A stretch of DNA of 60,754 bases from Parcubacteria group bacterium. Lineage in GTDB: Bacteria > Patescibacteriota > Minisyncoccia > Phycocordibacterales > Phycocordibacteraceae. Made by a program: the position numbers and the translations under genes. Location: positions 1-60,754 of the forward strand of contig JAQBQR010000005.1 in NCBI GenBank assembly GCA_028286945.1, in the 5' to 3' direction. Below the pieces are notes generated by a model. That model saw nothing but the letters and a program-made list of their open reading frames with translations. It was not told where the DNA came from and did not search any database. Shown here in pieces: positions 18,621 through 27,525 of the stretch (position 1 is its first letter; every line of letters begins with the position of its first letter).

Positions 18621-19460
18621 ATGAACTGGCTTGTCCAATTTTTCAAAACAGCCACGTCGTGGGTTTTTAAAAATCCCATTCTCATTGTGCTCGTTATCTT
18701 TATCAGTTTGTACAACAAGTTCTTTTCGAATGTAGGTTTTGATGTCTCACATCTTAATCCATTGCGTGCCGATAGTATTTGGCTATTCGCTCTGGCCGCA
18801 AAGAATGTATTTCTAACTCTACACGGTGCTTTAATTGCAGGAAGTGCTACTTTCGCTTCTTCAGTCATCACGATATTTAACACCTCGGCGATGCTTGCTG
18901 TATTTGCTAAGCAATCGAGTCCAGGGATAAAGGCTTTACATGCGACCCTCTCGCTAAGGACCTTAGAATATTTCATACTACAGATTCTTTGCGGTGTAGT
19001 ATTTGGTACGCTGTTTTTGGCCATTATGTATCTTATAGTTCCTGTTGCCGGTATCCAAGGAATTGTTGGCACAGCTATCATTAGTATCTGTACGCTTATA
19101 GCGTATCCAGTATTCTATATAATCCTCTCAACGGGCTCGCTAATCCTTACAGCTCCCGTCAAAGCTAACGAAAGATGGTTGTATGTGCGTACACTATGCA
19201 ATCGTCAAAATTTCCCACGCCTCCTAACTTTCTATTTGGTTCGTATTGGCACCGAAGCAATTCTTGCATATGGCGTCCTTATCTTGGCGAGTTTAGTTCA
19301 TCTCCCGACACTGATCTCAGCGCTCCTTATCATTTTTATTGTATCTATACCTTTTGCACTGGTGCGCACCACTGGTCTGATTATGAAATTAGATATGTTG
19401 CGAAACACTCCTTGGTTTAAGAGTCAGTTTGCAAATTATTATCAATACAAAAATTACTAA
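18621..19460 (+). CDS. Hypothetical multi-pass membrane protein
   Basis: 279-aa hydrophobic ORF, AT-rich; leaderless extended -10 at 18606-18614. Confidence 0.8.
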   Translation: MNWLVQFFKTATSWVFKNPILIVLVIFISLYNKFFSNVGFDVSHLNPLRADSIWLFALAAKNVFLTLHGALIAGSATFASSVITIFNTSAMLAVFAKQSSPGIKALHATLSLRTLEYFILQILCGVVFGTLFLAIMYLIVPVAGIQGIVGTAIISICTLIAYPVFYIILSTGSLILTAPVKANERWLYVRTLCNRQNFPRLLTFYLVRIGTEAILAYGVLILASLVHLPTLISALLIIFIVSIPFALVRTTGLIMKLDMLRNTPWFKSQFANYYQYKNY

Positions 19461-19589
19461 ATGGATTAAGACCATAGTCTTAACTGAAAGAAGCACGCGT
19501 GGCATTATCTACGCGTGGTTCTTCCGATGGCGACTCGCTAGGGCGGGCATTCGTATACAAAAAGCCGCTTCGTGAGAAGCGGCTTTGAC

Positions 19590-19687
19590 GGGAGAAGCGA
19601 ACTTCTCCCAGTAATAGTTTTGGTCCTACTGCCTCTTGCGAGTACTCGAACCTTCTGTTGCCAAGCGGGATATCAGCCCGCTCCGAG
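19590..19687 (-). repeat. Conserved 3' tail, copy B
   Basis: 35 bp at 19653-19687 identical to 20221-20255; 19590-19622 matches 20186-20219 with a 1-nt indel. Confidence 0.9.
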
Positions 19688-20062
19688 CTTCAACCTAAGT
19701 TTGTCGCCTTCCTCTTCGACACCCAAAATCTTGGTGTAGTCGAGCATGGGCCGATCTTTACTTGGATTGAATTGGTCGCGCCAGATGCAGGAATCAAGTT
19801 CCGTCCTCTGGCCGCCCTTTTCAACGAATGCAGTCTTCCAGCCTTTCTGGATGCCTCCGCCGGCAGTGGAGTACATGCTCGTCCCATACAGGACAAGCAA
19901 ACCTCCTTCGTGCGGCAAGACATCCATCAGATAGGAACTGCAGTACGTATCGAAGAACCCGTACCTCGACTCGGTTTTATCCCCAAGTGCACTCACTATG
20001 GGTGCAAAAACCGAAGGGTCGAGTCCACGCTCGATAAGGAACTGGGTGAGGGTCTGAGTCAT
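19673..20062 (-). CDS. Hypothetical protein, cassette B
   Basis: ATG at 20062 with SD AAAAGGAG; 129 aa. Confidence 0.75.
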   Translation of the reverse strand: MTQTLTQFLIERGLDPSVFAPIVSALGDKTESRYGFFDTYCSSYLMDVLPHEGGLLVLYGTSMYSTAGGGIQKGWKTAFVEKGGQRTELDSCIWRDQFNPSKDRPMLDYTKILGVEEEGDKLRLKLGAG

Positions 20063-20069
20063 GTGTCTT

Positions 20070-20124
20070 CTCCTTTTGAGAGCGGGGCAGGATTGCCCCA
20101 GCAGCTTCAATGTTCTTTGAATCT
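20070..20124 (-). repeat. Conserved 5' leader, copy B
   Basis: 42/49 identical to the leader at 20797-20845 (manual alignment). Confidence 0.85.
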
Positions 20125-20185
20125 AAAGCCCGTTTAAAGATCAATTCTCAATGAGGATTCGAATTGCTTCAAATACTCAATAAAG

Positions 20186-20255
20186 GGGAGAAGCGAACTT
20201 CTCCCAAGTAATAGTTTTGTTTCTGTTGCCAAGCGGGATATCAGCCCGCTCCGAG
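20186..20255 (-). repeat. Conserved 3' tail, copy A
   Basis: Matches 19590-19687 minus a 30-nt insert; includes GGGAGAAG-TTCG-CTTCTCCC hairpin. Confidence 0.9.
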
Positions 20256-20264
20256 TCGATCAAG

Positions 20265-20783
20265 CTATGCGAATGTCTCGGCGAGAAGGGCAACTGCCTT
20301 ATCCCAATCCTTCTTGTCCAGAATGACGGGAATCTGACCAGCTGGGTGCGCCTTTCCCAATAAAGGGAAGACGGGACACAGCCACTTCACATCGTGGTGG
20401 TCAGTATCGCTACAAACCACCACGGGCAGCCCTTTCTCTATGCATTTGGCGATAATGAGGAGACCGTTCGGTTCCTCTTTACCTCCTTCCTGCATAGGGA
20501 ACATCAGGTCGGTCAACACGTTGATCTTGCTGACGGCTCCCGACTCCAAGAATCGCAATGCCGGGGACATGACAGTTTCCAGCATGCGCAGATTGCTGGC
20601 AATCCACACAAGGGTTCCGCCTGAACCATCGACACGCTTGAGTGCCATGGTCCACGCAAACCCGGCATGACTGCCCCAGCTCTCATGAGCCTCAACGACC
20701 TCGCCGAGTGAGCGCTTTACGGCTTCGTATGCCGCCTGCTGTTCAGCCGGCTTGTCTTCGATAATGATGAACATACCGATCAT
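20265..20783 (-). CDS. Stand-alone receiver (REC)-like protein, cassette A
   Basis: ATG at 20783 with SD GAGGAGG; IIIED, VLTDLMFP, NGL, PVVVCS, K pattern of CheY-like domains. Confidence 0.7.
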   Translation of the reverse strand: MIGMFIIIEDKPAEQQAAYEAVKRSLGEVVEAHESWGSHAGFAWTMALKRVDGSGGTLVWIASNLRMLETVMSPALRFLESGAVSKINVLTDLMFPMQEGGKEEPNGLLIIAKCIEKGLPVVVCSDTDHHDVKWLCPVFPLLGKAHPAGQIPVILDKKDWDKAVALLAETFA

Positions 20784-20790
20784 GGGATTC

Positions 20791-20880
20791 CTCCTCTGAG
20801 TGCGGGGCGGGATTGCCTCTAGCAACTTCAACGTGCTTTGAATCTGACAGTACTATACTTTTCAAATACGCATTTGTCAA
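20791..20880 (-). promoter_or_regulatory. sigma70 promoter plus conserved 5' leader, copy A
   Basis: TTGACA (20880-20875), 17 nt, TATAGT (20857-20852); leader AGATTCAAAG... begins at the expected start site. Confidence 0.8.
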
Positions 20881-21009
20881 TAGAATATACAACAAAAATG
20901 ACTATACAAATCAATATAATATCCTGTATATACAACACACCCCTTCGTTTCGGCGATTTATCATCAATAATATTGACTAAACACTTAAACTAATATACCC
21001 TGTAAATAT

Positions 21010-21744
21010 ATGGATATTTCCGAGTCGCTCTCTGTTTTAGGGCTGAATGATAAGCAAAAAGCTATATATCTGGCACTTTTACAGCTTGGTAAGGGAAGTG
21101 CGTACTCATTAGCGGATAAGGCGAGCATCAAGCGTCCGACCGCATATGTCATTCTCGGAGAGCTTATAGATAAAGGGCTGGCTGAACGAGTGCCACGAGC
21201 GCGTAAGCAGTTATATCGCCCTATCTCACCGGAACAAGCTTTTGCTGTCGCAGAAGAACGATTCTCACTCGCCAAAGAAAAGCTGCCGGAGCTTCTGGCC
21301 ATGAGCAAAGGTGCTGATACGAAAGTGAATGTCCTCTATTTCGAAGGCCTGAAGGGTATTAAGCAGGTGATGGAATACAAGCGTGACGAAGATAAAGGAA
21401 AAGAGATATTAGGCTTCTATGCCACGAGCAAGAATCTTCCACCAGAGCTCACGGAATTCTTTGATGAGTGGAATGCGAAGAATACTAGACGTCGCATTAC
21501 TATGCGGGGTATCGTGCCGGACCATGATTCGCTCGCAGACTATCGTGAAAGTGACGAGAAGCACGGGAGAGTTATGAAGGTGGTGCCCCATAGCGAATTC
21601 TCATCAGAAGTTGGCATTGATATCTCAGATCGAATCGTGCGTATCCATGATTATAAAAACCTGCAGGGTATAGCAATTGAAAATGCAGACGTCGCAAAGA
21701 CCATGCGTGAGATATTTGAAATGGTGTGGAGTAGGGTGAATTAG
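21010..21744 (+). CDS. TrmB-family HTH transcriptional regulator
   Basis: LGLNDKQKAIYLALLQLG...IKRPTAYVILGELIDKGL; VLYFEG..GIK; IAIEN..VAKTMREIFEMVW. Confidence 0.88.
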   Translation: MDISESLSVLGLNDKQKAIYLALLQLGKGSAYSLADKASIKRPTAYVILGELIDKGLAERVPRARKQLYRPISPEQAFAVAEERFSLAKEKLPELLAMSKGADTKVNVLYFEGLKGIKQVMEYKRDEDKGKEILGFYATSKNLPPELTEFFDEWNAKNTRRRITMRGIVPDHDSLADYRESDEKHGRVMKVVPHSEFSSEVGIDISDRIVRIHDYKNLQGIAIENADVAKTMREIFEMVWSRVN

Positions 21745-21796
21745 CCTTTAATCCAAACCGAGACAAAAATTCTATCCATGATAAAGTGCGACTAAC

Positions 21797-22381
21797 ATGA
21801 CCTATCCCGGCAAACTCGTGCTTGTTGTGGGCGCTGCCGGAAGTGGGAAGGGGGTATTGATTAAGCGCGCCAAAGAACAGCATTCAGAAATCCTCTTTCC
21901 CATTACCGCCACTACGCGCGCTATTCGTCCCGGAGAAACGGAAGGCAACCCGTACCACTTTTTAACTGGAGAAGAATTTGATGCGCGCATCGAAGCTAAT
22001 GATTTCATAGAATGGGCGTCGATAGATGGTGGTAAGCGATACGGAACTCTTAAGGCAGACGTCATTCCAGCGCTTACCGAAGGAAAGCTTTTGCTAAAGG
22101 AAATGGAGGTGCAGGGCGTTGGGCAGATGCGAGCTACTCTCCCTAAGGAAAATATCGTCACGGTATACATTGATGCAGGTTCATGGGAGAGCCTTGCGCG
22201 ACGCATCAAAGGACGCGCGCCGATTAGTGACGAAGAGTTGGAGTCACGTCGTCTTCGCTATGAATACGAGCGTGCCTTTAAGGACGAGGCTGATCATATC
22301 GTCGAAAACTTTGATGGAAAGTTCAAAGAGGCAGATGCATCATTTGAGAAAATCATCAGCTCGTTACTCCCAAGTGCGTAA
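21797..22381 (+). CDS. gmk: Guanylate kinase
   Basis: GAAGSGKG, TTRAIRPGE, YHF, FIEWA, YGT. Confidence 0.93.
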   Translation: MTYPGKLVLVVGAAGSGKGVLIKRAKEQHSEILFPITATTRAIRPGETEGNPYHFLTGEEFDARIEANDFIEWASIDGGKRYGTLKADVIPALTEGKLLLKEMEVQGVGQMRATLPKENIVTVYIDAGSWESLARRIKGRAPISDEELESRRLRYEYERAFKDEADHIVENFDGKFKEADASFEKIISSLLPSA

Positions 22382-22408
22382 GAGCCTGTTTATTGTTAGG
22401 ATGAGGAT

Positions 22409-22984
22409 ATGGAACGCGTAAATACAATTCTTCTTATTGGTCGCCCTGGTTCTGGCAAAGGAACACAGGCGAAACTACTCTCTGAGCGCCTCGCGTGGAT
22501 TTGCCTCTCATCAGGTGAGCGCATTAAAGAGATCCGTGACGGTAACGAGCCCTTCTCAGCACGCGTACGTGCCGTATTTGATAAAGGAACCCTCCTTCCA
22601 GACTGGCTTGCTGACTATATTCTCGAAAGCGGTCTGCTTGAGATTGAACCATACGTGGGAGTTATTACCGAAGGTTTTGCTCGTACCGAACAACAGGCTC
22701 ACCACTACGCCGACATCATAGAATGGCTTGGCCGCAATCTGGTGGTCATTAACTTGGAAGTATCTGAAGAGGAAGTGACGCGCCGCATGGTTTCACGAAG
22801 TGAAGTGGAGCATCGCCCGGACAGTAATAGCGAGGAAAAGATTAAAGCTCGTTTGGCGCAATTCGCTGCAGACACGATGCCCGCGCTTGAGTATTTGCGC
22901 AGCCTCGGACTCGTGAAAGAAATTGATGGAGAACAGAGTCCTGCAAAGATCGCAGAGGATATTGAGAAACTCTTGAGCGTATGA
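22409..22984 (+). CDS. adk: Adenylate kinase, short LID
   Basis: GRPGSGKGTQA, G.LLPD, EGFART..QA; upstream of map. Confidence 0.88.
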   Translation: MERVNTILLIGRPGSGKGTQAKLLSERLAWICLSSGERIKEIRDGNEPFSARVRAVFDKGTLLPDWLADYILESGLLEIEPYVGVITEGFARTEQQAHHYADIIEWLGRNLVVINLEVSEEEVTRRMVSRSEVEHRPDSNSEEKIKARLAQFAADTMPALEYLRSLGLVKEIDGEQSPAKIAEDIEKLLSV

Positions 22985-23751
22985 CCATTCGCACGGCTGA
23001 AGAACGTGCTGACCTGATCGAAGCAGGGAAGCGCTTGGGGATTATTCTCGACGAGCTTGCGCAGCACGTTCGTCCTGGCATCACCACTGCCTCACTCAAT
23101 GAATTAGCGGAGAAACGTATTATTGAAGGTGGGGATATTCCTTGTTTCAAAAACTACCAGCCAGAAGGCGCATCGTACCCGTATCCTGCAGGACTCTGCA
23201 TTTCGGTGAATGAAGAAGTGGTACACGGGATTCCTGGAGAACGTGTTCTTAAAGAAGGAGACATTGTAACGCTTGATCTGGGGCTTTCGCATAACGGCAT
23301 CATCGTAGACTCAGCACTTACGGTGCCGGTGGGAAAGACAGATCCATCTGCGTACGCACTTATTGACGCTACCCGCGATGCGCTCGAAGCTGCCATATTC
23401 GCAGCACGTCCCGGAAATCATATCGGAGACATTTCATACACCACCGAGCAGGCCTTTAAAGGTACCGGTTGTTCAGTCGTAAAAATATTAGGAGGACATG
23501 GCGTAGGACGCGCCGTACACGAAGAACCTTTCATCTCAAACGTAGGCTACCCAGGAACAGGTCCAGAAATTAAAGCCGGCATGGTGCTGGCACTTGAACC
23601 CATCGCAAATGCCGGAAAGGGACATGTGGATTTGCTTGATGATGACTACACTTTTGTAACCCGTGACGGATCAAAGAGCGCACATTTTGAACACACCATC
23701 CTGGTAGAAAACGATCAGACACTCGTGGTCACACGCAGACCGAACGAATAG
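22981..23751 (+). CDS. map: Type I methionine aminopeptidase
   Basis: CISVNEEVVHGIP, GHGVG..VHEEP, ALEP, SAHFEHT. Confidence 0.97.
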   Translation: MTIRTAEERADLIEAGKRLGIILDELAQHVRPGITTASLNELAEKRIIEGGDIPCFKNYQPEGASYPYPAGLCISVNEEVVHGIPGERVLKEGDIVTLDLGLSHNGIIVDSALTVPVGKTDPSAYALIDATRDALEAAIFAARPGNHIGDISYTTEQAFKGTGCSVVKILGGHGVGRAVHEEPFISNVGYPGTGPEIKAGMVLALEPIANAGKGHVDLLDDDYTFVTRDGSKSAHFEHTILVENDQTLVVTRRPNE

Positions 23752-23823
23752 TTTCTTCATGAACATATCACCCATCCTTCGTTAGGGTAGTGAAGTTCAT
23801 TTACCCCTAAACTATTCTTTTGT

Positions 23824-24018
23824 ATGGCAACAATCGTTAATACTCCCGGACGCGATAGTGGAAGCGGCGCCGGCTGGGCTGTAGCTGTAGTTATTATCCT
23901 GGTTGTACTCATCGTTGGGTACTTTGCCATTGGACGCGGTGGGCATAGCGCTACGCCAACAGCGAACGTAAACGTAACATTACCTGCAGGCAATGGTTCA
24001 GGTGGCGCGGCTCAATAA
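23824..24018 (+). CDS. Small single-TM hypothetical protein
   Basis: 64 aa with one TM helix. Confidence 0.65.
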   Translation: MATIVNTPGRDSGSGAGWAVAVVIILVVLIVGYFAIGRGGHSATPTANVNVTLPAGNGSGGAAQ

Positions 24019-24068
24019 AGGCCCTCACTCCTTCACCGAATATTTAAAGATAAAAGCGTATAGTACGC

Positions 24069-24168
24069 GCAGGATAAAGGTACAACCTTCCGAGCTTGAA
24101 TAAAGACTTGTATCGCCTGCAAGTCCCCTCGGACGCTAGGCGAACGACCCTTCGTACGGGTCGTTTTT
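24069..24168 (+). ncRNA. Candidate structured small RNA
   Basis: TATAGT at 24059-24064; nested hairpins, potential pseudoknot and terminator AACGACCC/GGGTCGTT-TTT. Confidence 0.35.
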
Positions 24169-24259
24169 GCGGCCGCGTACCGGCTTTCTTCGCCTCTCCA
24201 TTTTTGCTATACTCTACCTAACCGCCTTAGGCGCTTTTACTTTTTCAAACCTCTTATTT

Positions 24260-24868
24260 ATGGCCATTCCACACCCTAAAACCGAACGTTCATTCGTTAT
24301 CGTGAAGCCAGACGGCGTACAGCGCAGTCTTATAGGCGAGATTCTTTCTCGTTTTGAGCGCACCGGCCTCAAACTCGTTTCTCTTAAGATGATGGTTCTC
24401 GATTCAGATCGCATCTGGAAGCATTACGACAAGGATGACGAATGGTTCCTCAAGAAGGGAACGCGTATTGCCGCTGACCGCGCAGCTGCCGGACTTTCTG
24501 CAGAGAAGGAACCCATCGAATACGGTAAGGACATCATTCGCGCTCTTGATAAGTACATGACGTCAGGTCCCGTGGTGGTCATGGTATGGGAAGGAAACAG
24601 TGCCGTAGCTGTGGTTACGAAACTCGTCGGAGAAACAGCACCTGCTTCTTCAGACGTCGGTACCATTCGTGGTGACCTCACCATCGACTCATACGACATT
24701 GCAGCTGTTGATGATCGCGCTGTTCGTAACCTCATTCACTGCTCTGACACTCCAGAGAACGCTGAGAAGGAGATTGCGATGTGGCTTTCAGAAGATGAGG
24801 TGCTCAAATACCGTCTTCTCAATGAAGCGATTCTCTACGACGTGAATCTTGATGGGATAATGGAGTAA
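24260..24868 (+). CDS. ndk: Nucleoside diphosphate kinase
   Basis: ERSFVIVKPDGVQR.LIGEI, MTSGPVV, GTIRGD, RNLIHCSD; start at ATG 24260. Confidence 0.95.
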   Translation: MAIPHPKTERSFVIVKPDGVQRSLIGEILSRFERTGLKLVSLKMMVLDSDRIWKHYDKDDEWFLKKGTRIAADRAAAGLSAEKEPIEYGKDIIRALDKYMTSGPVVVMVWEGNSAVAVVTKLVGETAPASSDVGTIRGDLTIDSYDIAAVDDRAVRNLIHCSDTPENAEKEIAMWLSEDEVLKYRLLNEAILYDVNLDGIME

Positions 24869-24886
24869 ATAGGGCTGAAAACGTTC

Positions 24887-24921
24887 GAAGAAAACCCAGG
24901 CACAAACCCTGGGTTTTCTTC
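24887..24921 (+). terminator. Terminator after ndk
   Basis: GAAGAAAACCCAGG/CCTGGGTTTTCTTC. Confidence 0.75.
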
Positions 24922-25001
24922 TATCCCCACGCCACGCCAGGGTCAGTCAATACTTCCTATTCGCGAGCTACTATATAAATATTACCCCTCACATTCACGC
25001 C

Positions 25002-25697
25002 ATGCACAACGTAGCTCATTTATTCGGTTCAGCACTTTCCCACAGTGGAGATGCGGGCGTTGCCGGTGCGGGTGCCGCGGGAGGTGCGTTAATAGGTATT
25101 TTCCTTTTTATTGCACTTCTCGCAGTGATAATCGTGGCGCTCATCCTCGTTTCAACCTGGATGGTATATAAGAAGGCGGGTAGACCAGGCTGGGCTTCAA
25201 TTATTCCGTTCTACCGTACGGCTGTCCTTCTAGAGATCGTAAAGAAACCATTATGGTGGATTATCTTGCTCAGCTTTGTTCCGGTAGTAAATATTATCCT
25301 TGCTATCATCCTTCTTCGTCGTCTCGCACAGAGCTTTGGGAAAGGACGATGGTTCACCGTCGGACTTTTCTTCCTCCCATTCATCTTTTTCCCGATCCTT
25401 GCCTTTGGTTCTTCGGTCTACAATCCTGCAACCTACGGAGAACCTGCTCCAATGTCGGAAGCCGTTAAGTGGGCGCTTATCGCTGCGGTGATATTTGCGA
25501 TCTCCGAATCGCTTGTGATCTCTTCATTCATCTCGGGCCTTGCCACAGCAGCCCATCCTGATTCGCACTTTGGTTCCGACAGTGCGTACTCCTCAGACTA
25601 CGGCACGACGACTGATAGTGGGAATTCTGGCTATACCGATACACCAGATACTACCGGCGCGACTCCCTCTGACATCATGGCCCCTGGTCGTTACTAA
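25002..25697 (+). CDS. DUF5684-like membrane protein
   Basis: W.VYKKAGRPGWASIIPFY, LAQSFGKG, FFPILAFG. Confidence 0.8.
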   Translation: MHNVAHLFGSALSHSGDAGVAGAGAAGGALIGIFLFIALLAVIIVALILVSTWMVYKKAGRPGWASIIPFYRTAVLLEIVKKPLWWIILLSFVPVVNIILAIILLRRLAQSFGKGRWFTVGLFFLPFIFFPILAFGSSVYNPATYGEPAPMSEAVKWALIAAVIFAISESLVISSFISGLATAAHPDSHFGSDSAYSSDYGTTTDSGNSGYTDTPDTTGATPSDIMAPGRY

Positions 25698-25769
25698 AAT
25701 TGGGGAGAAGGGTGATTTAGCGAAACGAAACTTAGACATGAGCCCGGTATAGCAATATACTGGGTATTC

Positions 25770-27521
25770 ATGGCTCGTCCTTCTCCATCAGAAACTCCAG
25801 CAAACCCCCAAGGTTCGCTGTTTTCACTCCTCGGCCCCTATAAATGGTGGGTGGTTCTTCTCCTTATCCTGACCGTTGCCGGCAGCGCACTTAACTTGGT
25901 AGTGCCGCTCATCATTTCGCACGGCATCGATGCGTACACGAATCACACGCTCGTACTGTCGCACTCGCTTCTTATCTTCGGCATTGTTGCTCTTGGTATT
26001 TTCATATTTAACAACCTGCAGGGAATTGTGCAGGTATACGCGTCAGAGATCGTGGCACGTGACTTGCGTACGCGCGTTGCAAGAGCCATTTCAATTCAGG
26101 ACTATGCGAGCATTGAGGATCTCTCTCCTTCAAAGCTTCTTACGAACCTGACGTCAGACGCGGACGCCGTAAAGTCATTTATTTCGCAAGCAATTCCTTC
26201 ATTGCTTTCGTCAGTCTTCTTGATCATTGGTTCGAGCGTTCTTCTCCTCACATTGAACTGGAAACTTGGGTTGGCAGTGCTTGCCGTGATTCCATTCATT
26301 GCTGGTATTTTCTATGTGATCCTTGGGCGCGTGCGTAAACTGTTCCGTCGTTCGCAGGAGGCTATCGACTGGCTTAACAAAGTTATTAACGAAAGTGTTT
26401 TGGGTGCTGCGCTCATTCGTCTTCTCAATTCAAATAAGCAGGAATACTCCAAATTTCTAGACGCGAATGAAAATGCGCGCGGAATCAGTCTCCAGATATT
26501 GAAGCTCTTCGCCTCAATGATCCCTGCCATTACCTTCCTCACGAATATTGCGACGCTTATCATTCTTACGCTCGGCGGACACTTTGTTATCACGGGCAGT
26601 ATGACTATCGGTGAGTTCACCGCCTTTAACAACTATTTAGGTATTCTCATCTTTCCAATCATCCTGATTGGATTTATGAGTAATGCGATAGCGCAGGCGC
26701 AGGCCTCATACACGCGTATTTCTCTCGTGTTGAACCACCCCGCGCCAGAAGATACCGGTACGGTAACAAAGCAGCTCTCCGGACGCATTGAGGTTAAGGA
26801 TCTTTCGCTTAAATATGGAGAAACAACGGTACTGGATACGACCACCTTCACGATTCAGCCTGGTACAAAGAATGCCATCGTCGGTCCAACTGCTGCAGGT
26901 AAGTCCCAGCTTCTCTATATGATGACCGGGCTTACAGCGCCCACCACCGGCACCATTCTCTATGACGGGGAACCTATTACTGCATACCAGAAGAAAGCCT
27001 TTTACGAGCAGATTGGCTTTGTGTTCCAGGACAGCATTATGTTCAACCTAACGCTTCGTGAGAATATTGCCTTTAGTAACACGGTTGCTGACGAGGATCT
27101 TGCGAAGGCTATTGATACTGCAGAACTCCATGACTTCATCGGCGCATTGCCAGACGGACTCGATACCCTAGTGTCTGAGCGCGGTACCTCACTCTCAGGC
27201 GGACAGAAGCAACGCGTGATGCTCGCCCGTGCGCTTGCGCAGAACCCAAAGGTCCTCCTTCTCGATGACTTTACGGCGCGCGTTGATACCCGCACAGAAC
27301 AAAAGATTCTTTCGAACGTGATGAAGAATTATCCTGACATTACGCTTATCTCGGTTACACAGAAGATCGTTCCTATTGAAAACTACGATCAAATCCTCGT
27401 GCTCATGGAAGGAGAGCTTCTTGCGAGCGGCGTGCACAAGGACCTCATGCATAGTTCTCCTGACTACGTGCAGATCTTCAACTCGCAGCAGTCCACGGAA
27501 CAGTACGACGCAACCACCTAA
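25770..27521 (+). CDS. ABC exporter subunit (TMD+NBD, degenerate catalytic residues)
   Basis: GPTAAGKS, LSGGQKQR, Walker B LLLDD, switch VTQK. Confidence 0.93.
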   Translation: MARPSPSETPANPQGSLFSLLGPYKWWVVLLLILTVAGSALNLVVPLIISHGIDAYTNHTLVLSHSLLIFGIVALGIFIFNNLQGIVQVYASEIVARDLRTRVARAISIQDYASIEDLSPSKLLTNLTSDADAVKSFISQAIPSLLSSVFLIIGSSVLLLTLNWKLGLAVLAVIPFIAGIFYVILGRVRKLFRRSQEAIDWLNKVINESVLGAALIRLLNSNKQEYSKFLDANENARGISLQILKLFASMIPAITFLTNIATLIILTLGGHFVITGSMTIGEFTAFNNYLGILIFPIILIGFMSNAIAQAQASYTRISLVLNHPAPEDTGTVTKQLSGRIEVKDLSLKYGETTVLDTTTFTIQPGTKNAIVGPTAAGKSQLLYMMTGLTAPTTGTILYDGEPITAYQKKAFYEQIGFVFQDSIMFNLTLRENIAFSNTVADEDLAKAIDTAELHDFIGALPDGLDTLVSERGTSLSGGQKQRVMLARALAQNPKVLLLDDFTARVDTRTEQKILSNVMKNYPDITLISVTQKIVPIENYDQILVLMEGELLASGVHKDLMHSSPDYVQIFNSQQSTEQYDATT

Positions 27522-27525
27522 GCAT

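Noticed and set aside
19465..19525. Two hairpins after the 18621-19460 gene as an ncRNA
   Set aside because: No promoter seen; adequately explained as 3' UTR or terminator structures between convergent units.
19590..20845. Repeats as CRISPR array or classical integron attC sites
   Set aside because: Only two copies separated by whole genes, no cas or intI in the window, and no clear RYYYAAC/GTTRRRY boundaries.
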